Shown here: one piece after another, positions 10,092 to 17,743 of the stretch | How positions within the stretch are numbered: the first letter of the stretch is position 1 | Layout of the letters: every line of letters begins with the position of its first letter | Made by a program: the position numbers and the translations under genes | The notes under the pieces: generated by a model | Seen by the model: only the letters and a program-made list of their open reading frames with translations | Databases searched by the model: none | What the model was told of the DNA's origin: nothing | Origin: Promethearchaeota archaeon | Lineage (GTDB): Archaea; Asgardarchaeota; Lokiarchaeia; Sigyniarchaeales; SOKP01 | Assembly (NCBI GenBank): GCA_030599585.1 | Contig: JAUVNS010000005.1 | Location: 1-64,000 of the forward strand | Direction: 5' to 3' | Length of the DNA: 64,000 nucleotides

Positions 10092-10589
10092 TTATTCAGC
10101 CCCCTCTAGAATGTTTTTTTCAAAATTAGTTTCTTTCATAAGTGTTTGAATCTCCTCTATAGGCGCAGTTTTAATTTCAGGAAGACCTAAATTTTTCCTC
10201 CTAACAACTATCGCATTCGAATACGGAATTGCAACCCCATTTTCATATACTGAACGACCCTGTACATAAAATGCTTCTGGATACTTATGATTTTCAAAAC
10301 ATCTGTTTTTTATCAGAGTAAAAATCTCTGTTAATTCTACGTTTTGAGGACAAAGCTCAACACATCTTTGGCATGTTGAACATAACCAAGGATTTGGATC
10401 TTGGCTCTCTATTAATTTATCCTCTAACCCTAAGATCGCTTCTTCAATTATTTTTCTTGGATTATACTTACCGTTGGTAATTAAAGCGATAGGACATCCT
10501 CCAGAACAAGTCGAACACTGGTAACAATAACTTAAAGAGGCGTTATGTTTGAGGACTTCATTCCTAAAGTCAAAATTGATGACGCTCAT
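10092..10589 (-). CDS. hdrC: Heterodisulfide reductase subunit C
   Basis: CYQCSTCSGGCP and WLCSTCQRCVELCP; immediately upstream of hdrB. Confidence 0.93.
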   Translation of the reverse strand: MSVINFDFRNEVLKHNASLSYCYQCSTCSGGCPIALITNGKYNPRKIIEEAILGLEDKLIESQDPNPWLCSTCQRCVELCPQNVELTEIFTLIKNRCFENHKYPEAFYVQGRSVYENGVAIPYSNAIVVRRKNLGLPEIKTAPIEEIQTLMKETNFEKNILEGAE

Positions 10590-10656
10590 GTCAATATTTT
10601 TATCTCTTTTCTTGTGATTTTTAATTATATATCTAATATAATTTTTAATGGAACTC

Positions 10657-10672
10657 TTACATTTTTATGTAA
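10657..10672. promoter_or_regulatory. Inverted repeat upstream of the hdr operon promoter (candidate operator)
   Basis: TTACAT-TTTT-ATGTAA, about 25 bp upstream of a minus-strand TATATAAT element (~10624-10631) in front of hdrC. Confidence 0.35.
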
Positions 10673-10701
10673 CTTGAACTGCGAAGGAACAAATTCGTGC
10701 T

Positions 10702-10995
10702 TCATTGAATTTCTTTATTCTCGAGATGTTTTTTAAGATCGATATCAATAGGGATTTCTTCGCCCTTATTCTCTATTACAACCCTTAAAAAACTTCCTTC
10801 TATTGAGGAACTAATAAGATTTAATTCTCCCTCGATACCTTTCGAAACAGAATCATCCTCTAAACGTTTTGTTTTTGTGGATAAACAAGTATGAGTTTCG
10901 TTATAAAGAAAGCAGTGGGAACAACAAAAACCAAACGGAAGGTAGCCTACTATAGAACATTTATCATAACCGTCGCAATTACAATTATTACACAT
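10702..10995 (-). CDS. Small Cys-rich hypothetical protein
   Basis: Eight Cys in the first 37 aa (MCNNCNCDGYDKC...FCCSHC...HTC), then a charged C-terminal domain. Confidence 0.7.
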   Translation of the reverse strand: MCNNCNCDGYDKCSIVGYLPFGFCCSHCFLYNETHTCLSTKTKRLEDDSVSKGIEGELNLISSSIEGSFLRVVIENKGEEIPIDIDLKKHLENKEIQ

Positions 10996-11227
10996 GTTTT
11001 AAGTCTTATCTTCTATTATTTTTAATTATGAAGTTTTTCTCACTATTTTTTTTACATGTTACAAAACAATAAAATATAATATTTAAAAATTCTTGTTAGT
11101 GAAAAATAACTTTTTCAACAAAAAAGATTATACAATTACGGAAAAAGTAAAAATTAAATTTTTTTAACCCGGATTTCTCAATAGCTTAGGTTTTTCCAAG
11201 AAAAGAATGTAAAATTATATTATTCCA

Positions 11228-11247
11228 CAATCTTATAAACAAGATTG
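11228..11247. promoter_or_regulatory. Inverted repeat overlapping a TATA-like element upstream of the Lrp gene
   Basis: CAATCTT-ATAAAC-AAGATTG; 7-bp perfect arms overlapping TTATAAA. Confidence 0.35.
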
Positions 11248-11339
11248 ATAATATTATTAATTAAAATCGTAATTTATTTAAATTATTTTTATATATTTGA
11301 TCATACTATTTAAATAAATAATAAAAAAAATAACTGTAA

Positions 11340-11786
11340 GTGATAAGGGCTAATAAAATGGCGTCCGTAGATCCAATAGATATTAAAATTTTAGAAGAAT
11401 TGAAGAAAGATGGGAGAAAATCATTCAAAGAAATAAGTGATATTATCGAAAAAACCGAAGCAACAGTTAGAAGAAGAGTATCCAAGATGCAAGAAGAAGG
11501 GACTATCACTCGTTTTACCGTGGTATATGAGCTTGATACAAAACCAAAAACATCCGCAACTATAAAAATTGAGCCCGATTTCAAAGAAATTAAACGGATT
11601 CTTGTTGAATTAAAGAAAATAGAAGAAATAACCTCTATTTGGAGGCTATCTGGAGATTGTGGACTCTTTATGAAAGTTGATATTCCTTCAATCGAGCAAT
11701 TTAATCCCCTTATAGAAGACAAGATTTCACAAATTGCTGGAATAAAAATTGTAGAGACTTGTTTTATTACTGATATTATCAAATAG
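11340..11786 (+). CDS. Lrp/AsnC-family transcriptional regulator (start may be ATG 11358)
   Basis: DPIDIKILEELKKDGRKSFKEIS...EATVRRRVSKM HTH plus RAM domain (LSGDCGL). Confidence 0.92.
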   Translation: MIRANKMASVDPIDIKILEELKKDGRKSFKEISDIIEKTEATVRRRVSKMQEEGTITRFTVVYELDTKPKTSATIKIEPDFKEIKRILVELKKIEEITSIWRLSGDCGLFMKVDIPSIEQFNPLIEDKISQIAGIKIVETCFITDIIK

Positions 11787-11940
11787 TAATATCTTTTGTT
11801 TTACGCTCTTTTTGAATGAAGGAACAATAGTAAAAATTAATAATTATCCTCAGTCACGTTTTATTAATTGCTTTTAGGGGTATAAAGTATATATCTGAGT
11901 ATTACTATCCTTTAAAAACAATTAGAAGTTGATTGATTTA

Positions 11941-12102
11941 ATGATTAGTGAGTCAAACTTTAATCTTGATATTACCATCTTATCCTGTCCTTTTACCCGA
12001 ACTTGCAACCTACCAAAAATTGAACATTTATGTAACTTTTCGCATTACAAAATTTGTCCAGATTACGATTCGAAATTAAAAAAATTGAAAGCCCATTTTT
12101 AG
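11941..12102 (+). CDS. Small 53-aa Cys4 protein
   Basis: Below ORF-track cutoff; MISESNFNLDITILSCPFTRTCNLPKIEHLCNFSHYKICPDYDSKLKKLKAHF*; TATAAA at 11881; T-rich tract downstream. Confidence 0.6.
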   Translation: MISESNFNLDITILSCPFTRTCNLPKIEHLCNFSHYKICPDYDSKLKKLKAHF

Positions 12103-12149
12103 ACTTCCATTTAATTTTCTTTTTTTATTCGATTATCTATAAAGCTATT

Positions 12150-13337
12150 TTAGACGTATTCAATTGTTGCTGGGGGTTTCGGTGTAATATCAAAATAAAT
12201 ATCCTTTGTGTCTGGGAATTCTAACAATTTATATTTTAATTCTTCAATTAAACTTATTGGTAAATTTGTAACGCTAGCTGTTCTGGCATCTATACTATTA
12301 ATAGAACGGATAATTACATCATAAATACCCTTGTGACTCTCGTGTAGCTCGTAAAGAATTCTAGCGTATCCTTTTACCTGAGATGCAAAATTAACTAGTT
12401 TATCAAAATCCCATTCACCCTTAATCGATAATGGAACTTCGTAAGTTCTATGACCGTTAATGATGCCCGTTACTTTTCTTAACAAAACATCCGTAGTTGT
12501 TGCAGCAAACGCTTGGAAAGGCTCTTGTTCACCTTTATCATTGATAATCATTGGGGTTCCAAACTTTTCTATGTAATAATCGTTAATAGTGGATTCTACA
12601 ACGTCGTGCACTTTTTTTTCAAATTTTAAATTTTCTAATGTTACAGGGCCAATAATCCTCGCTGAAAGCGCAGGTCCTGGGAATGCTTTCCTAAACACTA
12701 ACTCTTTAGGCATATTGAAGTATTCAAGCGTTTTTCTAACTTCTGGTTTGGTAAGGCTAGCAACAGGTTGGATTGTAGCTTCTACATCGTATTCAATATC
12801 TAAATTATGCTGGCTTTTAACAAATCCTTGTGGATTTTTAGCTTTTAATGAAAGCTCTTCTTGCAATGACATAGTTTCTTTCAGATCTGAGATTTTCACA
12901 CCAAAGCTCTCCTCTATATCCGGTAAAATGGTACCATCAGATAGTAAATGACAATTCTCCTCTTTAATTACTCTACTAATGGTATCAGAGTAAGCGTTTT
13001 TAAATAATTTTCTTTTAACTTCAGCATCTTCTTCTCCGAAAATCTTCGGCAGAAATTCTTCTCTAATATCTATAACTAAAACATCAGGGAATAGTTTTTT
13101 AATCTGTTCTCGTTCTTCTACACCTCTTATTATTCGCATGAGTCCGTGATCTATGAAAACCGGAATCGTCTCGATTTCAGCTTCTTTTAGCAGAAGATAG
13201 GTTAAAGAGCTATCGATCCCTCCAGAAAGCGCACAGAATACTTTTTTATTTTTCGCATGCTTTTGTAAAAATTGAACTGCTTTTTTGACAAACTTCTCGG
13301 GTTCACGGGGTGGATCTATTAATCTATGATTTAACAT
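12150..13337 (-). CDS. guaA: GMP synthase, ATP pyrophosphatase subunit (no fused glutaminase)
   Basis: PP-loop ALSGGIDSS, IDHGLMR, GTILPDIEES, KSQHN, FPGPALSARIIG, C-terminal DITPKPPATIE. Confidence 0.88.
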   Translation of the reverse strand: MLNHRLIDPPREPEKFVKKAVQFLQKHAKNKKVFCALSGGIDSSLTYLLLKEAEIETIPVFIDHGLMRIIRGVEEREQIKKLFPDVLVIDIREEFLPKIFGEEDAEVKRKLFKNAYSDTISRVIKEENCHLLSDGTILPDIEESFGVKISDLKETMSLQEELSLKAKNPQGFVKSQHNLDIEYDVEATIQPVASLTKPEVRKTLEYFNMPKELVFRKAFPGPALSARIIGPVTLENLKFEKKVHDVVESTINDYYIEKFGTPMIINDKGEQEPFQAFAATTTDVLLRKVTGIINGHRTYEVPLSIKGEWDFDKLVNFASQVKGYARILYELHESHKGIYDVIIRSINSIDARTASVTNLPISLIEELKYKLLEFPDTKDIYFDITPKPPATIEYV

Positions 13338-13442
13338 AAAATAATTTAAGATTGAACATAAAAAAAGTGTAATTATTAATTGGTTATGATTCGCCTAATT
13401 TTTTATTAGGATTAATTAATTTTGATGTTAAAATGTTGATTT

Positions 13443-13895
13443 TTAGTTTTTTTCATGGTATTTTTGATGATATTCTTCTGCTTTATAATACTCAGCAGCC
13501 GGAACTATTTCAGTAACAATTGGATTCTTATATTTTCTAACCCTTTCCAACTTTTCTTTTAATTTTATTGCAGACAATCGTTGTTCTTCATTACTGTAAA
13601 ACACAGCAGATCTATATTGAGTTCCAATGTCCCAACCTTGGCGATTAAGCGTAGTAGGATTGTGAATGTCCCAAAAGATTTCCAATAACTCCTCATAAGA
13701 CACAATCGAAGGATCAAAGGTAACTTTAACTACCTCAGCATGTCCTGTTTTATTAGTACAGACGTCTTTATAAGTTGGATTCTTTGTAGCCCCGCCAGTA
13801 TATCCGACTTCAGTTTCAATTACGCCTTCCACCTTTCCAAATTTAGTTTCGACTCCCCAAAAACAACCTGCTCCAAAAATAGCTTCTTCCGTCAT
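13443..13895 (-). CDS. msrA: Peptide-methionine (S)-S-oxide reductase
   Basis: FGAGCFWG, TGHAEVV, GTQYRS, AEEYHQ. Start moved to ATG 13895 (MTEEAIFG); the track's N-terminal extension looks non-coding. Confidence 0.95.
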   Translation of the reverse strand: MTEEAIFGAGCFWGVETKFGKVEGVIETEVGYTGGATKNPTYKDVCTNKTGHAEVVKVTFDPSIVSYEELLEIFWDIHNPTTLNRQGWDIGTQYRSAVFYSNEEQRLSAIKLKEKLERVRKYKNPIVTEIVPAAEYYKAEEYHQKYHEKN

Positions 13896-14037
13896 TAATA
13901 CAATTAAAATAAAATATACTAAAAAAAATGATGGTGATTTCTTATAAAAAAAAAAGGCGAGACGCAAATATTATTAATAATAAATAGAAGGAAGTCTAAT
14001 AAAAAAGAAATAAATATAAAAACATTTTATTTTTATC

Positions 14038-15678
14038 CTACTTCTTTTGTGCTTCGAGGTCTTTCAATTCGCGATGGAGTACTTTACCTACAACCGTTTT
14101 CGGAATTTCATCAATAAATTCAACAAAACGGGGATATTTATCTCCTGCCATGTTTTCTTTTGCCCAATTGATGATATCCTGTTCGCTGATTTCTTTATCT
14201 TTGTATTTATCTTTTATTACAATATAGGCTTTGATATTTTCCTTTCCTTCGTCATCAATTATTCCAATAACACCACATTCCTCAATAGCTTCATGGTAAT
14301 ACAAGAGATCTTCAACTTCCGTAGGGTAAACAGAATGTCCCTTATATTTGATTAAATTTTTTAGCCGAGCCTTAATGACAAAATAACCATCTTCGTCCAT
14401 TAGTGCTAAATCACCCGTCCACAGCCAACCATCCTTGATTGTGTTATTAGTTTCCTCTTCATGTTTATAATATCCTTTCATCATCTGTGGACCTCTTGTT
14501 ACGAGTTCTCCAACTTCTCCAATCCCAAGCGTATTACCATTGGGATCGCAAATTTTTACATCTGTATTAGGAAAGGGCATTCCAATCGTTCCTGGTTTTA
14601 ATTTACCTTCGAAAGGAGTTGCTGTGACGGCTGGGGACATCTCGGTTAATCCATATGCTTCTCGAAGCTTGGATCCCGTCAATTCTTCGAATGTTTTTCT
14701 TACATCGTCAGGGAGGGGTCCCGCTGAGCTTAGACAATATTTTATACTTGACAAGTCGTGATTTTGAATTCCTTCGTAATTATTTAGATTATTATAAATA
14801 GCGGCAACTCCGGGAAATACAGTAACTTTCGTTGTTTCAATAACTTCAATAACTTCATGCGCCTCCCTAGGGTTGAAAACACACGCTAATTTCCACCCGT
14901 TATGAACACACATATTCAGCATAAAACCCATATAAATGTGATAAAATGGTAAAGCTGCAAGTAAAACTTCCTTCCCTAATTCCTTTTCTACAAACCATGA
15001 TTCTGCTTGAAAGATGTTTGCAGCAATGCTTCCATGAGTCAACATTGCTCCCTTAGGGAATCCCGTAGTTCCTCCTGTGTATTGCAATTGAGCTAAATCT
15101 TCTAAAGCTATATCGACTTTTGGCGGATTTGGAGCAGTTTCTCTTATTAAGTCCTCCATCATAGGTTCTCCACCCATGGAAAATTCAGGAGGTGCCAAGG
15201 GGTCAGGTGATAAATAAGGCGATAGATTGCTATAAAACTTGTGTTTTACACCGGTTTCACTAATAATAGGATCCACTAATCCCGAAAAACCTTCCCAACC
15301 GATATAAACTTTTGCGTCACTGTCATTTAATTGACGTTTTATCTCTAGTTTTTTAAACAATGGAGAAATTGGAGTTACTACAGCTCCAATTTTTAATATA
15401 CCATAATAATAAGCGATAAAAGCTGGGTTATTCGTAAATTGGATTGCTACACAATCGCCTTTCTTTATACCAAGTTCGGTTAATTTTGTTGCTACGCGAT
15501 AAACAATATCGAGGAGCTTAGCATAGGTCAGTTCGAATCCCATAAAATATGTTATAACATTATTAGGATAGAGTTTAACAGAGTCTTCGAGAAAATCTAC
15601 TAAATTCTTCTTTGGTATATCAACATGTTTTGGAACTCCTTCAGGCCAATATTTGTAATAAATTTTTTGATCTGACAT
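14038..15678 (-). CDS. Long-chain fatty acid--CoA ligase
   Basis: QYTGGTTGFPKG, EAYGLTE, WTGD, PKTVVGK. Start moved to ATG 15678 (MSDQKIYY). Confidence 0.92.
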   Translation of the reverse strand: MSDQKIYYKYWPEGVPKHVDIPKKNLVDFLEDSVKLYPNNVITYFMGFELTYAKLLDIVYRVATKLTELGIKKGDCVAIQFTNNPAFIAYYYGILKIGAVVTPISPLFKKLEIKRQLNDSDAKVYIGWEGFSGLVDPIISETGVKHKFYSNLSPYLSPDPLAPPEFSMGGEPMMEDLIRETAPNPPKVDIALEDLAQLQYTGGTTGFPKGAMLTHGSIAANIFQAESWFVEKELGKEVLLAALPFYHIYMGFMLNMCVHNGWKLACVFNPREAHEVIEVIETTKVTVFPGVAAIYNNLNNYEGIQNHDLSSIKYCLSSAGPLPDDVRKTFEELTGSKLREAYGLTEMSPAVTATPFEGKLKPGTIGMPFPNTDVKICDPNGNTLGIGEVGELVTRGPQMMKGYYKHEEETNNTIKDGWLWTGDLALMDEDGYFVIKARLKNLIKYKGHSVYPTEVEDLLYYHEAIEECGVIGIIDDEGKENIKAYIVIKDKYKDKEISEQDIINWAKENMAGDKYPRFVEFIDEIPKTVVGKVLHRELKDLEAQKK

Positions 15679-15851
15679 AATTTTAGAAAAATCATCCCTA
15701 GAATTTAAAGGATTATTTATCTTACCATTAAAAAGTTCTTTTATTAAGAAGTTATCTTTATAAATAAGTATAAAAGATAGTTTTATTTTAAAATAAGAAA
15801 TCAAATATTTTAAATAATTAGTTAAAATTATTTTAGAAGAAGATTGGTATT

Positions 15852-16391
15852 ATGACTGATCGTGAAGGTGCGTTTAAATTATGTGTATTTGGTGATGGAG
15901 GGGTCGGCAAAACCACTCTCGTCAATCGCTATCTAACAAGTGTATTTGATGAAAGTATTAAAATGACGATTGGTGCAGATTTCTACGTAAAAGATTTAGA
16001 AATTGATGGTAAGAAAGTAGTGAACCGAATTTGGGACTTTGGAGGAGAACAACGCTTTAAAGTTCTATTACCAAGTTTTGCAAAAGGTGCTGATGGGGGA
16101 ATATTTATGTATGATATAACTCGATATACAAGCGTAAAAAATATAGATGATTGGCTTTCTATCTTTGAGAAAAACACACGGGATAAGCAAATTAATATAC
16201 CAATCGTTATGGTGGGGGGTAAACTAGATCTTCAAGAAAAACGATCTGTCGAAACCGAGGACGCTGTTGAATTATCCGAAAAGCACAATTTACAGGGTTA
16301 TTATGAATGTTCTTCCAAAAATGGTGAGAATGTCGAAGAAATCTTCGAATCTATCACTCGAAAAATGATGAAGAGCACAAATCTAATCTAA
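15852..16391 (+). CDS. Rab-like small GTPase (Ras superfamily)
   Basis: G1 GDGGVGKT, TIGADF, G3 WDFGGE, G4 GKLD, G5 CSSK; no C-terminal Cys. Confidence 0.93.
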   Translation: MTDREGAFKLCVFGDGGVGKTTLVNRYLTSVFDESIKMTIGADFYVKDLEIDGKKVVNRIWDFGGEQRFKVLLPSFAKGADGGIFMYDITRYTSVKNIDDWLSIFEKNTRDKQINIPIVMVGGKLDLQEKRSVETEDAVELSEKHNLQGYYECSSKNGENVEEIFESITRKMMKSTNLI

Positions 16392-16425
16392 ATATACCTG
16401 CTTCCTTATAAAATAGAAGTATTCG

Positions 16426-16962
16426 CTAACTGGATGTCCTTTTAATAACTTTAACTAATCCTTTCTTTCGTAATTTATCAAGCATCTTTTCGACTTTATC
16501 GATCGGTTTTTGGGCAACTTCAGCGCATTGCTCTACTGAATTCATTCCATCGCATATCTTTAATAATTTAAACTCATCTAATGATATCATGCCTAATTGA
16601 ACACTCATTGGTTGCACTTCTTTTACTACTATAGGTATTCTCACTTCTCCACCCTCCTCAGTAGTTCCGCGACCAACATCTTTCATACTAGGTGAATCCC
16701 CAAAAAAAGATCGTACACCAGTTACATCATAATTATCATTTATATAAATGAAAACAGTATGTTCTTGGTTGGAAACATCCTCGTCGTCTTCAAGATCAGG
16801 ATGAGGGTTTACATGCTTATGTTCTTTTGTGTAAATACCCATTTTTAAACCCGCTTTAATTTCGTCTTTATCTACTCTTATATTTACCATTTCGGTGCAT
16901 ATTTCACACCAAGCCCAAGCTTCTATAAGACTAAAATATTTTTTCACTTTATTCTCCGGCAT
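16426..16962 (-). CDS. Hypothetical protein: CxxC/His Zn-binding domain plus C-terminal winged HTH
   Basis: CEIC...HKH...EHTVFIYIND; C-terminal LLKICDGMNSVEQCAEVAQKPIDKVEKMLDKLRKKGLV. Confidence 0.75.
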   Translation of the reverse strand: MPENKVKKYFSLIEAWAWCEICTEMVNIRVDKDEIKAGLKMGIYTKEHKHVNPHPDLEDDEDVSNQEHTVFIYINDNYDVTGVRSFFGDSPSMKDVGRGTTEEGGEVRIPIVVKEVQPMSVQLGMISLDEFKLLKICDGMNSVEQCAEVAQKPIDKVEKMLDKLRKKGLVKVIKRTSS

Positions 16963-17158
16963 CGCAATTTTCCTAAAATCTAAATTTCGTATAAAATAAA
17001 ATAAGCTTTATAATAATTATGTTGTGAATTTATATAAATATTGATTACGAATACAACCTCGAAATAGTAGATAAAACAATTCTGTAAAATCGAAAATGAT
17101 TAAAGTTATTGGATATTTTATTATCCATTAAAGATAACTATGACTAACTGTAATAACG

Positions 17159-17335
17159 ATGTCTGCTTATAAAAAAAATATGTGTTTCTCTTGTGGACTA
17201 CCTATTGCCCCTTTCGAAGCTGCAGTTCACTTTCCATGCCCCCAATGTGGGGATGTTACCATATGGAGATGTGAACGATGTAGAACTATGGGAAACCAAT
17301 ATACTTGCCTCAAGTGCGCGTTTCAGGGTCCTTAA
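17159..17335 (+). CDS. Zn-ribbon protein (DUF1610/HVO_2753-like), 58 aa
   Basis: Not in ORF track; MSAYKKNMCFSCGLPIAPFEAAVHFPCPQCGDVTIWRCERCRTMGNQYTCLKCAFQGP*; four CxxC motifs; conserved archaeal position upstream of EF-1beta. Confidence 0.92.
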   Translation: MSAYKKNMCFSCGLPIAPFEAAVHFPCPQCGDVTIWRCERCRTMGNQYTCLKCAFQGP

Positions 17336-17392
17336 TTTAGTAGATTAATTTGATTTAAGCCTAATAATAATAAAGCAAAAGATCTGAGTAAA

Positions 17393-17659
17393 ATGGGAGA
17401 ATTTGTAGCATTAATAGATGTTGTTCCAGAAGATATTGATATTAATTTTGAGGAATTTGTTTCAAAACTAAAAAGTGTTCTACCTGAAGCTGCTGTTATA
17501 GAAAGTTACGACGTACAACCAGTAGCATTTGGTTTAAAAAAAGCTAGGGTTCGCGTTAGATACCCAGAAGAATGGGGTGGTACAGACAAACTCGAGGGTT
17601 TTTTTAAACAAGTTGAAGGTATACAGGGAATTGAAGGAATAGCCTTCAGTAAATCATGA
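17393..17659 (+). CDS. ef1b: Translation elongation factor 1-beta
   Basis: VVPEDIDINFEE, PVAFGLK, GGTDKLE; follows the Zn-ribbon gene. Confidence 0.92.
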   Translation: MGEFVALIDVVPEDIDINFEEFVSKLKSVLPEAAVIESYDVQPVAFGLKKARVRVRYPEEWGGTDKLEGFFKQVEGIQGIEGIAFSKS

Positions 17660-17743
17660 ATTTTTTGTAGTTTTGCTTTTGTTTATTCTGTATATGTTTA
17701 TTTTTATATTCAATAAATAATTACAAAACTTTTATTATTTATT

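Noticed and set aside
1-10589. Selenocysteine recoding in HdrA/MvhD, which are known Lokiarchaeal selenoprotein families
   Set aside because: All frames are open without internal TGA, the Sec-equivalent sites are Cys (CNWC, GCH, ASCTP), and I saw no convincing SECIS-like hairpin.
11306-11782. 158-aa minus-strand ORF
   Set aside because: Antisense shadow of the Lrp gene. The same applies to other shadow ORFs such as 686-892, 12589-12951, 46864-47514, 60448-60774 and 63503-63700.
13896-13967. N-terminal extensions in the ORF track for msrA (and for the acyl-CoA ligase, 15679-15804)
   Set aside because: Low-complexity translations of AT-rich intergenic DNA. Family similarity starts at the downstream ATG.
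15525-15545. GTTCGAATCC, a tRNA T-arm-like word
   Set aside because: Lies inside the acyl-CoA ligase CDS with no cloverleaf around it.
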